Assembly (NCBI GenBank): GCA_002269645.1
Contig: NIVC01000110.1
Coordinates: 496,001 to 560,000, forward strand
DNA length: 64,000 nucleotides
From: Macrostomum lignano
Taxonomy: Eukaryota
Reading direction: 5' to 3'
The position numbers and the translations under genes were made by a program. Shown in pieces: positions 22,679 to 32,523 of this stretch; position 1 is the first letter of the stretch; each line of letters starts with the position of its first letter. The notes below the pieces were generated by a model that was not told the origin of the DNA, did not search any database, and worked only from the letters and a program-made list of their open reading frames with translations.

Positions 22679-24288
22679 TTAGTTCGCAGACATTATCTGG
22701 TTCTCATAAAAAGAACCCAATATTTCTTCACCATCCTTATCAGCAATTATATAGGTTGTAGGGTTTGTATTTAAAACTTTACTGATGGTAAATTTCTCAC
22801 TTATTTTCCAATATCCTTTTCTTCCCTTTTCAAACTTATCTTTCCATTTATAGATATAAACAGAATCACCAACCTTAAAACCTTTAGTTTTCTTTTTTTC
22901 AAAATCTCCAAAAGTAACCCTAACGTTTTCAGGATTGTTATAAGCTTGTTGAGGAGTCATCTTTATCGCCGAATGATATGAATTATTATAATCTTTCACC
23001 ACGTCTGGTAATATTTTTACCCATTTTTGGTTACCATTAAGACTAAACTGAAACCACAATTTCTTACCTAAAGTTCTATTAAATCTTTCTATTAATGCGT
23101 TTTTACTCTCTCCATAAATAGAATAAATTTTATTAATATACTCCCCATTCGCGTCCTTTTTCCTTTCTTGTCCTTTTTCAAAATGATATAATTTATACAT
23201 ATGAGGATTGTAAAATTCTTTTCCTTCGTCAACACACAACCTTTCACTTTTTTCTCCAAGACTTCTAAAAGCAGCAGCAACACCCTCTCCCTTTTTGGAT
23301 TTTAAAGGAACAGCCCACGCGTATCGAGTAAAACCATCTAATATGGTTAAGATATATTTATATCCTCTTTCGTTCGGCATCGACATTAAATCAGCATACC
23401 AAATTTCATTCTTTTTGAAGTTCATGATTTTTCTATAAAATTTAGGTTTTCGATATTCTTTATGAAGAATCTTTGCCTCATCAGAACTTAACCCGCCGCC
23501 ACTTAACAACAAACACTCAACACAATTATTTCCATGTTGATTATAATTAATTCCTAAACCAAATTTAACTTTAGACTGCAAGATCTTTTTAACCATCCAC
23601 CTAGTTAATTTTTGACCTACCGATAATCCCTGCAAGTTATCTAATCCTTGAATCATTTTTTGATCGGCTTCATGTTTTAATCTTAATGCTTCCTCGGGTG
23701 TGTTCTTATCAGCATCTCTGTATGCTAAGTCATGATAGTATGCTAACCAATCAATTCCATTTATGGAATTGAATCGGCTTTTGGGGTGTCATCAGGATTT
23801 AATCTCAAATCTAAGCGAGTGCCGGGTAGTTTACCCTCAATCTTTCGAAAGAGGCTGGAGCACACCTTAAGCGGCGATAATTACCGCCCATCTCCGTCTG
23901 CTCTCTGAACCTTCTCCTTATATTTAAAATACTTAGGAGCTTGGCTGCGCATTGCCACCGTGTCTTCAAGCTTTTTACCTTTGGGAAGAGGAGTTACCTC
24001 TGTTCCTTCAAAAGATTTCTCAATTGAAGTGGTACTTGAAGCAGTATGACGGGTTTCACGCAATTTGGAGATGTCGCCACAAATAGTGACTAGCAAGGAC
24101 ATTGCCTTCCTCACTCAGGCCACGGGTTAACCTGTGAAGTTCATTGATGGTAAATGTAGTTCCCCAGTATACCTTCCAGTAGTAAAGATTGGTGGTAAGC
24201 TTGTTAATCCTTTTTGAACATCTAACAATCCTCCTTCAAACACTATTTGATCGTTCCGAAGGAACGCGAACTTCGTTCGGTTGCTCAT
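22679..24288 (-). CDS. int: Parvovirus-type phospholipase A2 (PLA2X) fused to a retroviral-like rve integrase; exon 1 24288-24130, exon 2 23826-22679, 1-nt deletion near 23763
   Basis: Spliced PLA2 reads GELHLPSMNFTG|PGTRLDLRL..IP[fs]INGIDWLAYYHDLAY..HEAD and runs without a stop into the integrase DDE core (WYADL, CVDEGKEF, IERFNRTL). Confidence 0.88.
23827..24129 (-). ncRNA. Group I intron, IC1-like, 303 nt, no internal endonuclease ORF
   Basis: P1 CAGGU/GCCUG with U.G at the 5' splice site; P3 CAUCUCC/GGAGAUG; P4 UGCGUG/UGCGCA; P5abc with A-rich bulge and GAAA loop; P7 G(A)GAGCA/UGCUCC; P8 GGCGGU/AUCGCC; P9 with GAAA loop. Removal restores G-P-G-T. Confidence 0.9.
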
Positions 24289-24838
24289 TTTTAATAGCCT
24301 TAAAAATACATGAAAGCACCAATTGTTTTGCAAACTCTTCAATGGTTGGTTGTTTAACTTTTTTATAGTTATTATCTACGCTAGTTAAGTATCTTTTATT
24401 TGTCCAATGTTCAGACTTTTTCATCTGATCTTCATCTTTGTAACTAAACGAAGAAGCGGGAATGAAATGATCAATATCTAACTTTCCAGTATAATCTTTT
24501 GATACATAATAATTTCTTGTGAAATTTAACCAATCAAAAAAGAATTCTTTTGTGCAACCAAGATATGAGATATAGTCCTTGTCATTAAAATTTTTCAACG
24601 CCCAATTTATTCTATTTCTAATTAAAACAATATGTTTGTAATTATCATCAGTGTGATACTTATTTTTTCTATATTCATTCCATTTATCTTTATTGTTTTT
24701 TATCCAAATAGCAGATGAGGTATTATGACAAGATCGACAATCATTTCTAAATTTTTTTGAATCATTTCTCCAAAAATAAAATTCTTTCGTCATCGGTTTT
24801 TCTTGTTTACACTTAGTACAAATCTTATTAGTTTCCAT
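24236..24838 (-). CDS. Free-standing HNH endonuclease with N-terminal CxxC..CxxC zinc finger (giant-virus-like type)
   Basis: CTKC...CRSC, YLGCTKE, DIDHFIP...HWTNKRYL...DNNYK. Confidence 0.75.
   Translation of the reverse strand: METNKICTKCKQEKPMTKEFYFWRNDSKKFRNDCRSCHNTSSAIWIKNNKDKWNEYRKNKYHTDDNYKHIVLIRNRINWALKNFNDKDYISYLGCTKEFFFDWLNFTRNYYVSKDYTGKLDIDHFIPASSFSYKDEDQMKKSEHWTNKRYLTSVDNNYKKVKQPTIEEFAKQLVLSCIFKAIKNEQPNEVRVPSERSNSV
24252..24279. repeat. Double-hairpin element
   Basis: CGTTCC-GAA-GGAACG CGAAC-TTC-GTTCG. Confidence 0.85.
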
Positions 24839-24861
24839 TTTATAAAAAATAAATTTAACAA

Positions 24862-25530
24862 TTAATTAAACACCAGTATGTCCAGCAGCTTTCGCGCAGC
24901 TAAAACAAGTTTTCTAGGAGTTTTAAATCCTTCTCCAACAGCCGGTTTGTTATTTATAGAATTAACAATCCTTTTATACAAGCTGGTATTTTTAACAGCT
25001 CCTCCTAACTCATCATAAAAAATTCTAGCACTTATTAATTCATCCCTAGTATATAAATCAGGGTTAAATTTTACCCTAGGGTTCATAACAATATTATATG
25101 CTCCACCCAATTCTCTATATAGTTCATTTCGATTTTTATCAACTCCACCAATTCGATAATTATTATTACCTAAATCTGTCGCAGCAATACTAGCTGGTAC
25201 TCTTGGATATTGTTCCCGATCGCCCCGCTCTGCACGTCTAATCTCTGCAATTCTCAATTGCGCTTGATCAACATCATAAGCAGGCGGCTCATCCAAAATT
25301 TCATCCTCTTTTGGCTCCGTATTTTTAGCAATTTTTTCCAGAAGATCTTTATCTGTTTTTTCTAGTTCACTTATTTTCCCAGTAATAGGATTAACAAAAG
25401 GAGCAGCAAATCTTTCACCCGCTAATTGTATTCCTAACTTTCTTTTTTGTAAATTTCTAACAAAATCAGAATATCTTTGCTTCTCTTTATAAATCGCTAA
25501 CTCTCCATCAACGTCCATAAATTGACTCAT
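24862..25530 (-). CDS. Polinton protein of unknown function, 222 aa
   Basis: AAAAATG start, FAAPFVNPITGKI segment, GEG|F motif near the C-terminus. Confidence 0.7.
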   Translation of the reverse strand: MSQFMDVDGELAIYKEKQRYSDFVRNLQKRKLGIQLAGERFAAPFVNPITGKISELEKTDKDLLEKIAKNTEPKEDEILDEPPAYDVDQAQLRIAEIRRAERGDREQYPRVPASIAATDLGNNNYRIGGVDKNRNELYRELGGAYNIVMNPRVKFNPDLYTRDELISARIFYDELGGAVKNTSLYKRIVNSINNKPAVGEGFKTPRKLVLAARKLLDILVFN

Positions 25531-25564
25531 TTTTTAACATAAAAAACTTTTTTAACTTAAAAAA

Positions 25565-27034
25565 ATGGCTGAAACAAAAACTATGTGGAGTGATAAATTT
25601 CATTTCAAAAAGCACCGACAGTATATTAATGAGGTCAGAGCAAAGATTTAAATTATACCCTACCAACAAGTGATAATTCAAATAACTTTACTACTGGAAC
25701 GGTAACTTTTGACATCGGCGCAACCAACACTATATTGGATATGAAAAATGCGTTTTTCCGCGTTAGATGGTTGTATACTAGAAATGATGGAACTGCTCTT
25801 GCAGCCGGAGATATCGCAGATCGATCCGGAATAATAATTGAAAATGATTGGTTTTATAAATGTTTTTCCCAAGCTCAACTAACTGTTAATGGTGCTGAGG
25901 TTGAGACATCATCAAACCCCGCAGAGATTAATGGAGTTTTGAAACATTTAAATTATACTTATTTATCAAAACAAGTTGGTGATAATGTTGGGTGGATGCC
26001 GGATAAAGGTAACGGTCAAGCAGTAGTTTTCCCTAATGTACAAAACGCAGCCGGTGCAGATACTGCAGCGCTAATTGTTTACCTTAATACAAACATAGTT
26101 CCAGTTGTAACCACTATGACTAATACAAAAGATATTAATACTGGTTTTATAGATCGTCAGAATAAATTCCCAGTCGCGGTTTTAACCACAGCAACAGCAT
26201 ATGAGCAGGACTTTTCAATCTTTCCACTATTTGGGTTTTTCTCACCAAATCGGGTATGGAAAGGATTAAAATTTGGGATACAGTTGCAAATATCTGGTGG
26301 ATATCAGCCTAGGATACTTTATGGAACCTCAATTTCAACCGATATAGCAGTTCGTATAGATTCAATTCAATTAGTCGTACCAACTATTGAGGTAACAGCC
26401 CCACTTTTAAAACACATCGATAATCAGTTAACGCATGATCAGGAAATATTTTATTTGAATCGTAGACACTTTATGCGAACCATTAATAACAATCAGGATT
26501 CATTCCAGTGGCAAATACTGACATCAAAACGTCGGGTGAGATATATTTTTGTTTGGTTTAAATAACAAATAGAAGGAGTAAAAGAGCAAATGGGGATTTA
26601 TATTGGCTTCAATCGGTGCCATAGCAGAACAAGCAGCCACCGCAACAGACAATGCGGCTGCAGCTATTAACGAGTTTAATGTTCAGAATATCCGCCTGCA
26701 GGTTGATGATCAATATTATCCGGTTAAAGATCCTCTTAATCTAAATATTGCAAATAATAATGTTAATGATTTTATAAAATATTATCAAGATTATGCTAAA
26801 AATGAAGCGTATGCCGTCCCTCAGTACACACCCACAGAGTTTCTAAACATTCATCCAGTGGTTGTTTATGATCTAACGGCACAGAAAGAAAACGTAGCCA
26901 ATATTGGACTTAATTATATGTTAGAGATTAATAAAACCGGTAATCAGGCACTTGACGCCCACGTATTGTTTCTAGAGGAATATATGTCAATTGCTAAAGC
27001 TGATGGCACGATTGTTCGGGACGCACCATTGTAA
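25565..27034 (+). CDS. Major capsid protein (double jelly roll), interrupted in the assembly near 25643 and 26563-26600
   Basis: RVRYIFVWF, NIRLQVDDQYYP, HPVVVYDLTAQKE match Polinton MCP motifs; position next to ATPase and penton. Confidence 0.85.
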
Positions 27035-27118
27035 AATGAGTGCAGTGCAAAGCACGTCGCACCACTTTAGTGTCGCAGGTCTCCGACCGTCGCGCCTATT
27101 TAAATTATTTCTTTAAAA

Positions 27119-27919
27119 ATGGTAAAGGCAAAACACGATAAGATATTTCCAAATGATCCTTTTCTTTGTTTAGTAATCGGAGGATCAGGTAAAGGAAAAA
27201 CACACTTTGTTTACGATTTATTAACAACAGATGGAATGTTAGACTATAATAATTTAATAATTTATACTAATAAACCTAGAATAAAATATTATGAATTTCT
27301 TAAACATGGATTAAAAAACAAATTAAAAAAAGATGTCTTGTTTAGAATGTTAAGAGCATATGAGCAATATGAGGATGATGACGAACCGCGATTTAATCTA
27401 GCAGACATTGAGGATTTATGTAAAACAATGGCACAACAGCCAGAAAACATCACCGATCGCCCCGAAGGGTCGCGGACTTCGTCCGATCGCGCCCCAACTG
27501 TTAGAGTATCAACCCGATTAGCCTATGATCAAATTCCAAAACATGATAAAACACTAATTATTTTTGATGATTGTATTAATGACGGTGATCAAGAATTACA
27601 AAAGGAAATTTTTGTTAGTGGTAGAGGAGATGGAATTGGAGCTTTTTATCTTACTCAATCCTTTAGAGAATTAGAATCGATTATAAAAAAGAATGCTAGC
27701 TGTTGTGTAATGTTTGATTTAGATAACTATGATCTACAAAATATTCACGCTAGATTTAATCCCGGATTGGATGCAAAACCACTTAAAAGTATGTGTAAAA
27801 AAATTTGGGATGATAGCCAACACAAACATATTTATATCAATCCGAGGTTAGAAAGGAAACATAGAATTTTAACAAATTTGATAAAAGAAGATAATGAGGA
27901 AGAAGAGGATCGTGCATAG
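27119..27919 (+). CDS. A32/FtsK-type packaging ATPase
   Basis: Walker A GGSGKGKT, Walker B LIIFDD, downstream SGRG..YLTQS. Confidence 0.92.
   Translation: MVKAKHDKIFPNDPFLCLVIGGSGKGKTHFVYDLLTTDGMLDYNNLIIYTNKPRIKYYEFLKHGLKNKLKKDVLFRMLRAYEQYEDDDEPRFNLADIEDLCKTMAQQPENITDRPEGSRTSSDRAPTVRVSTRLAYDQIPKHDKTLIIFDDCINDGDQELQKEIFVSGRGDGIGAFYLTQSFRELESIIKKNASCCVMFDLDNYDLQNIHARFNPGLDAKPLKSMCKKIWDDSQHKHIYINPRLERKHRILTNLIKEDNEEEEDRA
27458..27485. repeat. Double-hairpin element inside the ATPase ORF
   Basis: CGCCCC-GAA-GGGTCG CGGAC-TTC-GTCCG (one mismatch); CCGATCGC occurs at both ends. Confidence 0.8.
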
Positions 27920-27936
27920 CACGCGGACTTCGTCCG
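27911..27936. repeat. Double-hairpin element over the ATPase stop codon
   Basis: CGTGC-ATA-GCACG CGGAC-TTC-GTCCG. Confidence 0.85.
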
Positions 27937-27956
27937 GTTAATTTCCCACTATAAAA

Positions 27957-28742
27957 ATGACTACAAATTTAAATACTATAAAACAATTGGTAGATCGAAC
28001 TAATTCAAAATTTAGTACAACATTACAGTTTATAATGACAACCAGCGAGCAACGGATTCAATTGCGCGATCCATTACAACTTGATCAAAGCCTAAGTTAT
28101 CAAATAGGTTTAATTCTATTTTCGGTTTTCAACATGCCTCAATTAATTAATGCAACAAATAATCAATTTAGATATTCTAAAGATTCCGGAGCCAATTGGA
28201 CAACATTTAGCGTTAACCCAGGAGCGTATAGCTATACTGATTTGAATGCTTATATAGAAGGAGAATTAACAACTAATGGTGATTGGGTAGCAGGAGCAAT
28301 TGTTATAGGTGTTGATTTACCGTCTGGCAGATTCACACTATCACTAGGATCCGGATATCAGGTTGATTTCACAATTGCAAATTCACTCAGAACCATACTT
28401 GGATTTAATTCCCGAATAGTTACCACATCAAGCACCGGTGATACCGTGGGAAACATTGAGGGCGGAGTCAATACAATTAATATAACAACCGACATATCAA
28501 ACGGCGGTTATATAACAGATAATAATGGAGTTTTGGTTCAACGTGGAATTATTTATTCAATCCCATTTCTTGCTGTTCCAATTGGAGAGAAAATGATTGT
28601 TGCACCCCAAACCCCAATATATTATCCTTTAAATCAATATAGCGTTCAATCAATTTATATTAGGATTGTAGATGAAAGCGATAGATTAATAAGTTTTGGT
28701 GGGCAGTCAATAACAATAATTTTACGTATAAAACAGGTTTAA
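27957..28742 (+). CDS. Minor capsid protein (penton, single jelly roll)
   Basis: IQLRDPLQLD, PGAYSYTDLN, SLRTILGF, INITTDI, SIYIRIVDESDRLISFGGQSITIILRIK. Confidence 0.85.
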   Translation: MTTNLNTIKQLVDRTNSKFSTTLQFIMTTSEQRIQLRDPLQLDQSLSYQIGLILFSVFNMPQLINATNNQFRYSKDSGANWTTFSVNPGAYSYTDLNAYIEGELTTNGDWVAGAIVIGVDLPSGRFTLSLGSGYQVDFTIANSLRTILGFNSRIVTTSSTGDTVGNIEGGVNTINITTDISNGGYITDNNGVLVQRGIIYSIPFLAVPIGEKMIVAPQTPIYYPLNQYSVQSIYIRIVDESDRLISFGGQSITIILRIKQV

Positions 28743-28744
28743 TA

Positions 28745-28823
28745 GAACCGAAGGTTCGCGGACTTTGTCCGTTTCCTATAGTAAAAATGGGTAATCGAAC
28801 AACATGTTCGCGTGCAAAGCACG
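28745..28823. repeat. Two double-hairpin elements (28745-28771 and 28796-28823; copies at +5334)
   Basis: GAACC-GAA-GGTTC G CGGAC-TTT-GTCCG and CGAAC-AACAT-GTTCG CGTGC-AAA-GCACG. Confidence 0.8.
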
Positions 28824-28996
28824 ATAATAATAATAATTTAATAAAAAAACAATCAGAAAAAGTTAAAAAAGCTGAAGATAATTACGAACTAGAACTAGCA
28901 AAATTAAGGCAGTTACAAGCTGATAAAATAAGAAAGGAATTGTTAAAACCCACACCTACGAAACTAACTAAAACCAAGAGTTTTTCAGGAACATAA
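28787..28996 (+). CDS. 69-aa basic protein (copy 1)
   Basis: AAAAATG start, MGNRTT N-terminus, Lys-rich. Confidence 0.6.
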   Translation: MGNRTTCSRAKHDNNNNLIKKQSEKVKKAEDNYELELAKLRQLQADKIRKELLKPTPTKLTKTKSFSGT

Positions 28997-28997
28997 A

Positions 28998-29464
28998 ATG
29001 ACCATGACGTGGGATGATTTTAAACAAAGATATGGAACGGACACAACAAGCAATATCGAATTAACAAATTGGGCGAGGCAGTTAAAAATAAAACCATTCA
29101 GATGTGTTATGCGAGATGAGATCAAAGACTTACCACAATATGGATCTTTCATTGTTAATATTGAAACAACAAAAGAAAATGGTGTTCATTGGTCGGCAGT
29201 TTATTCCAAACCTAAACTTGTTTATTTTTTTGATTCATACGCGCTTCCTCCGTTACAGGAAATAAAAGACAAATTTAATCATACTAAAAATCGTTTATGT
29301 GGAGATCATCACGAACAGTTTCAAACATTTGATAAAAGTTATTGCGGGCAGGCTGCGTTATATTTTTTATATAAAATCGACGAAGTCCGCGAACCAAAGG
29401 TTCGATCAATAACTCGAAGGAAACCCCCGAAGACTTTAGGGCGATTTTAGACTCTATAAAATAG
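28998..29464 (+). CDS. Adenain-like cysteine protease (copy 1, 1-nt deletion at ~29379)
   Basis: HWSAVY, FFDSYA, QFQ, YCGQ give the His-Asp-Gln-Cys set. Confidence 0.88.
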
Positions 29465-29474
29465 ACAGTAAAAA

Positions 29475-31522
29475 ATGTTATTTTCTGGAACACCCTCATG
29501 GAACGGAACAACAAGTAGTGGCGGTGGTGGCACATCTGGTGGAATAAGTGTTACATTCGGAGATAATCGATATATTAATGAAGATGAAGGTTATAAAAAA
29601 AGTGAAGTTGATACTAAACTAAATTTAAAAAGAAACGTTGCAGATTCCTATACTAAAACTCAAATAGATGATTCACTAAATCTGAAACGGAACGTAGCGA
29701 TTCCTATACCAAAACCGAAGTTGATAATTCATTAAATTTAAAACGCAATACAGCCGATTCTTATGCCAAAACCGAAGTTGATAATTCATTAAATTTGAAA
29801 CGGAACGTAGCCGATTCTTATACCAAAACAGAGGTTGATAATTCATTAAATTTGAAACGGAACGTAGCCGATTCTTATACCAAAACCGAAGTTGATAATG
29901 GATTAAATTTAAAAAGAGATGTAACTGATTCTTATTCTCGAACTGATTCTGATTCACGTTATGTTCAAACCACCGCAACCGGAAACCTAGATATGAGCAA
30001 CAACCGAATTATAAATGTTTCAATTACAACTAGTGATTCAGTGGTTGATAAGAACTATGTCGATAATCAAGTTGCCACTCGTAGTGGAAATATTAATATG
30101 AATAATTTTAAATTAACAAATTTATTATTTGGAACAGATAACGCAGACTCGATAACTCTAGGCCAAGTAAATGAGCGAGCTAATGCAACCGACGCCGATA
30201 TTTTTACAACGCCGCTTACATCAAATACTTCAAATCCTGATGTTGTTCTTACAGCATCTGAAAATGGCAACACAGCTTTTCGAGTTGGAGATGGAAGCCT
30301 TGCGACACAATGGTCACCAAATACCGGAACCACAACCAATATGGAAATTCAATTTGAATTTTTAGGTTATAATAGAAGAATATTTGAATTAAGAATTACA
30401 GGCAGTGAAACAATTGAGATACCCTCGGGGTGGTCGGTTCGCGCAAAAAATGTTGCTACCGATTCATGGACGACATTAACTACGTCGGGATCACCAGTTC
30501 AAGCAACATCATTTGCTCTATCTAATTTAACGACTAATTTTTGGAAATATTATAGCGTATTCTTCCCAACTGGTGGTACCGGTACACAACCTATCGAGGT
30601 TCGTCAAATACAATTATTTGAACACCGTGTTGAAATTCAAGATCTTAATTGGCCAACTCAAATACTTTCTGCAGTTCCGCGAGCGTACGTAGATCAGCTA
30701 GCTACTCCAACATCAAATGGTAGAATGTCTGGAAGCGATAAAAATAAATTGGATGGAATACATGCTATTGATGCAGCCTTGTTCGAACCAGTAATTTGTA
30801 ATTGGTCTGGATATCAAAATCCAACAACCGCCGGAGATATATATCCAGTCGGTTCTTTAATTGGTGACGCTTCTTATATCGATTATCAAAATGGAGCTAG
30901 AATTACTCGTGAAACCGCAGGTGTAAGTGGGGCTTTACAATTTAATTTCACACATTTTCAAAATATATCTGCGTCTTTCTTTTTCCGAGTTGCTAATTCT
31001 ACAGGAGATGGTGCAGATGCGGTTTGGTTTTATGCATATTGTCACGAACGTCCAACATCGGAATTTGGAACTGGATTATCAACCGACGCCGGGCTGATAG
31101 TGTTTGCTAGTGAGTGGACTGATAGGTTTGGAGTTGTTTGGAGTAATAAAAAATCAGACGGATCTACGGTTCGTAACGATGTTAGTAGTGATGCGGATCA
31201 AACTGTAGCCTATGCTAATATTGATAACGGTGATTGGCATTTATTTGAAGTTAATATTTTAAATCAAAGGGTTTGGTACCGATTACAGTCATACAATGTT
31301 GCTGGTGATTCTTTTACCCTCATTGGACAGAACGTTTTCACATATGATAGTGGAACTTGGGGAACTTTAGATAAATCTGGAACCCTTATGGGTTTTGGTG
31401 CTCGAACTGGTGGAGCGGATGCTGCACATTTTATTCGTGGTGCAGTTGTATGTGGTAGTACGTCGTTTGGTTATGTTTTTCCCTCTACTGCTTATTTGGA
31501 AAAACCTCCTACTCAAATATAA
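29475..31522 (+). CDS. Fibre-like protein (copy 1, 1-nt deletion at ~29697)
   Basis: Same as 34810-36858 apart from the frameshift. Confidence 0.8.
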
Positions 31523-31553
31523 AATATTTATATATAAAATATTTATATATAAA

Positions 31554-31880
31554 ATGGCTTTTAGTAGAACTCCATCGATGCGGCAAAATAATGTTATTAT
31601 TCCTATTCCTAAACAAGAATCAAATATAAAAACATTCAAATCTCATACCAAATTTTTATTTAGTACTGTAAATGTTCAGGATAATAAGAAGCTTCAAGAA
31701 TTAATTAAATTATTAAAAAATCATATTATACTTCAAGAGTTTTGGAAAATAGGATTTAAATGGGAGAAAAAAGAAAGAATAACTCCAATACAATACCTAT
31801 TAAGCTCCGGGCAAATCCCCAAAGAGCGTGGGGAATTCATTTTGGTGCTATTAAAAATAGACGAGAATGTCGGTATCTGA
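31554..31880 (+). CDS. 108-aa protein of unknown function (copy 1)
   Basis: AAAATG start at 31554 within ORF 31395..31880. Confidence 0.55.
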   Translation: MAFSRTPSMRQNNVIIPIPKQESNIKTFKSHTKFLFSTVNVQDNKKLQELIKLLKNHIILQEFWKIGFKWEKKERITPIQYLLSSGQIPKERGEFILVLLKIDENVGI

Positions 31881-32523
31881 AGCAGATAAATGGGAACGCG
31901 ACCGGTTCAACCAACGTAAAGGTCAGATGTTGAGTAATGTTGATCGAATAAATTATGATTATGATTTATATGCTAAAAAAGTAAGAAGAGTTTCAAACCA
32001 TATAAGAAATATGGACTTTTTCAATATTGGATTTGGAAGCTTATCAATGTTATGTGTAATCGTTTTAGGTATTTTACAATCTATTCCAACTCTTAATTTA
32101 TCTCAATTATTTTTAGGTATTTCAATTGGCTCAATATCAGGTTTTGAATTGATCAGGAACTTATCAATACTTTTAGCAATTAAATTATATCTTAAAAAAA
32201 GAAAGGAAAAATATAAATCTTTAAGAGATGTTGCAAAACAATATAAAAATCAATTATATTTATATGTGCAAAAAATATTGGATGACGGAGAGATAACGAT
32301 TCATGAATTATCAACCGCGGTTGAATTATATGAAAAATATTTAAAAGATAGAAATAGAATTTTAGATGTTGAAACTTTTACCGATATGGAATTAAAAGAG
32401 TTGAGACTCGATAAACCCAAAGCTCCACCGATAGAAACATTAGGCATTTACGAACCTGAAACTATTGCTACTGGGGCACAAAGCCCGCGATCAGGAAGTG
32501 CTGTAGAACTTCAGGTTGTTTAG
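31867..32523 (+). CDS. 218-aa protein with two predicted TM segments (copy 1)
   Basis: Hydrophobic FFNIGFGSLSMLCVIVLGIL and LFLGISIGSISGFELIRNLSILLAI, then KILDDGEITIHE. Confidence 0.7.
   Translation: MSVSEADKWERDRFNQRKGQMLSNVDRINYDYDLYAKKVRRVSNHIRNMDFFNIGFGSLSMLCVIVLGILQSIPTLNLSQLFLGISIGSISGFELIRNLSILLAIKLYLKKRKEKYKSLRDVAKQYKNQLYLYVQKILDDGEITIHELSTAVELYEKYLKDRNRILDVETFTDMELKELRLDKPKAPPIETLGIYEPETIATGAQSPRSGSAVELQVV

Noticed and set aside
23827-23836. Alternative 3' splice site after ...UUGAG giving FTG-GKL-PGT
   Set aside because: It keeps a terminal G but breaks the P9 stem, loses P9.0 and P10, and inserts three residues in the conserved GPG motif.
23881-24114. 77-aa ORF inside the intron as a homing endonuclease
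   Set aside because: No LAGLIDADG, GIY-YIG, HNH or His-Cys motif; it runs across the ribozyme core.
23827-24131. The PLA2 insertion as a spliceosomal intron (AG|GTTAAC donor)
   Set aside because: The nearest AG acceptors (TCCAG, GAAAG, TTGAG) all lead to stops and do not restore GPGT; there is no pyrimidine tract; group I pairings explain the whole insert.
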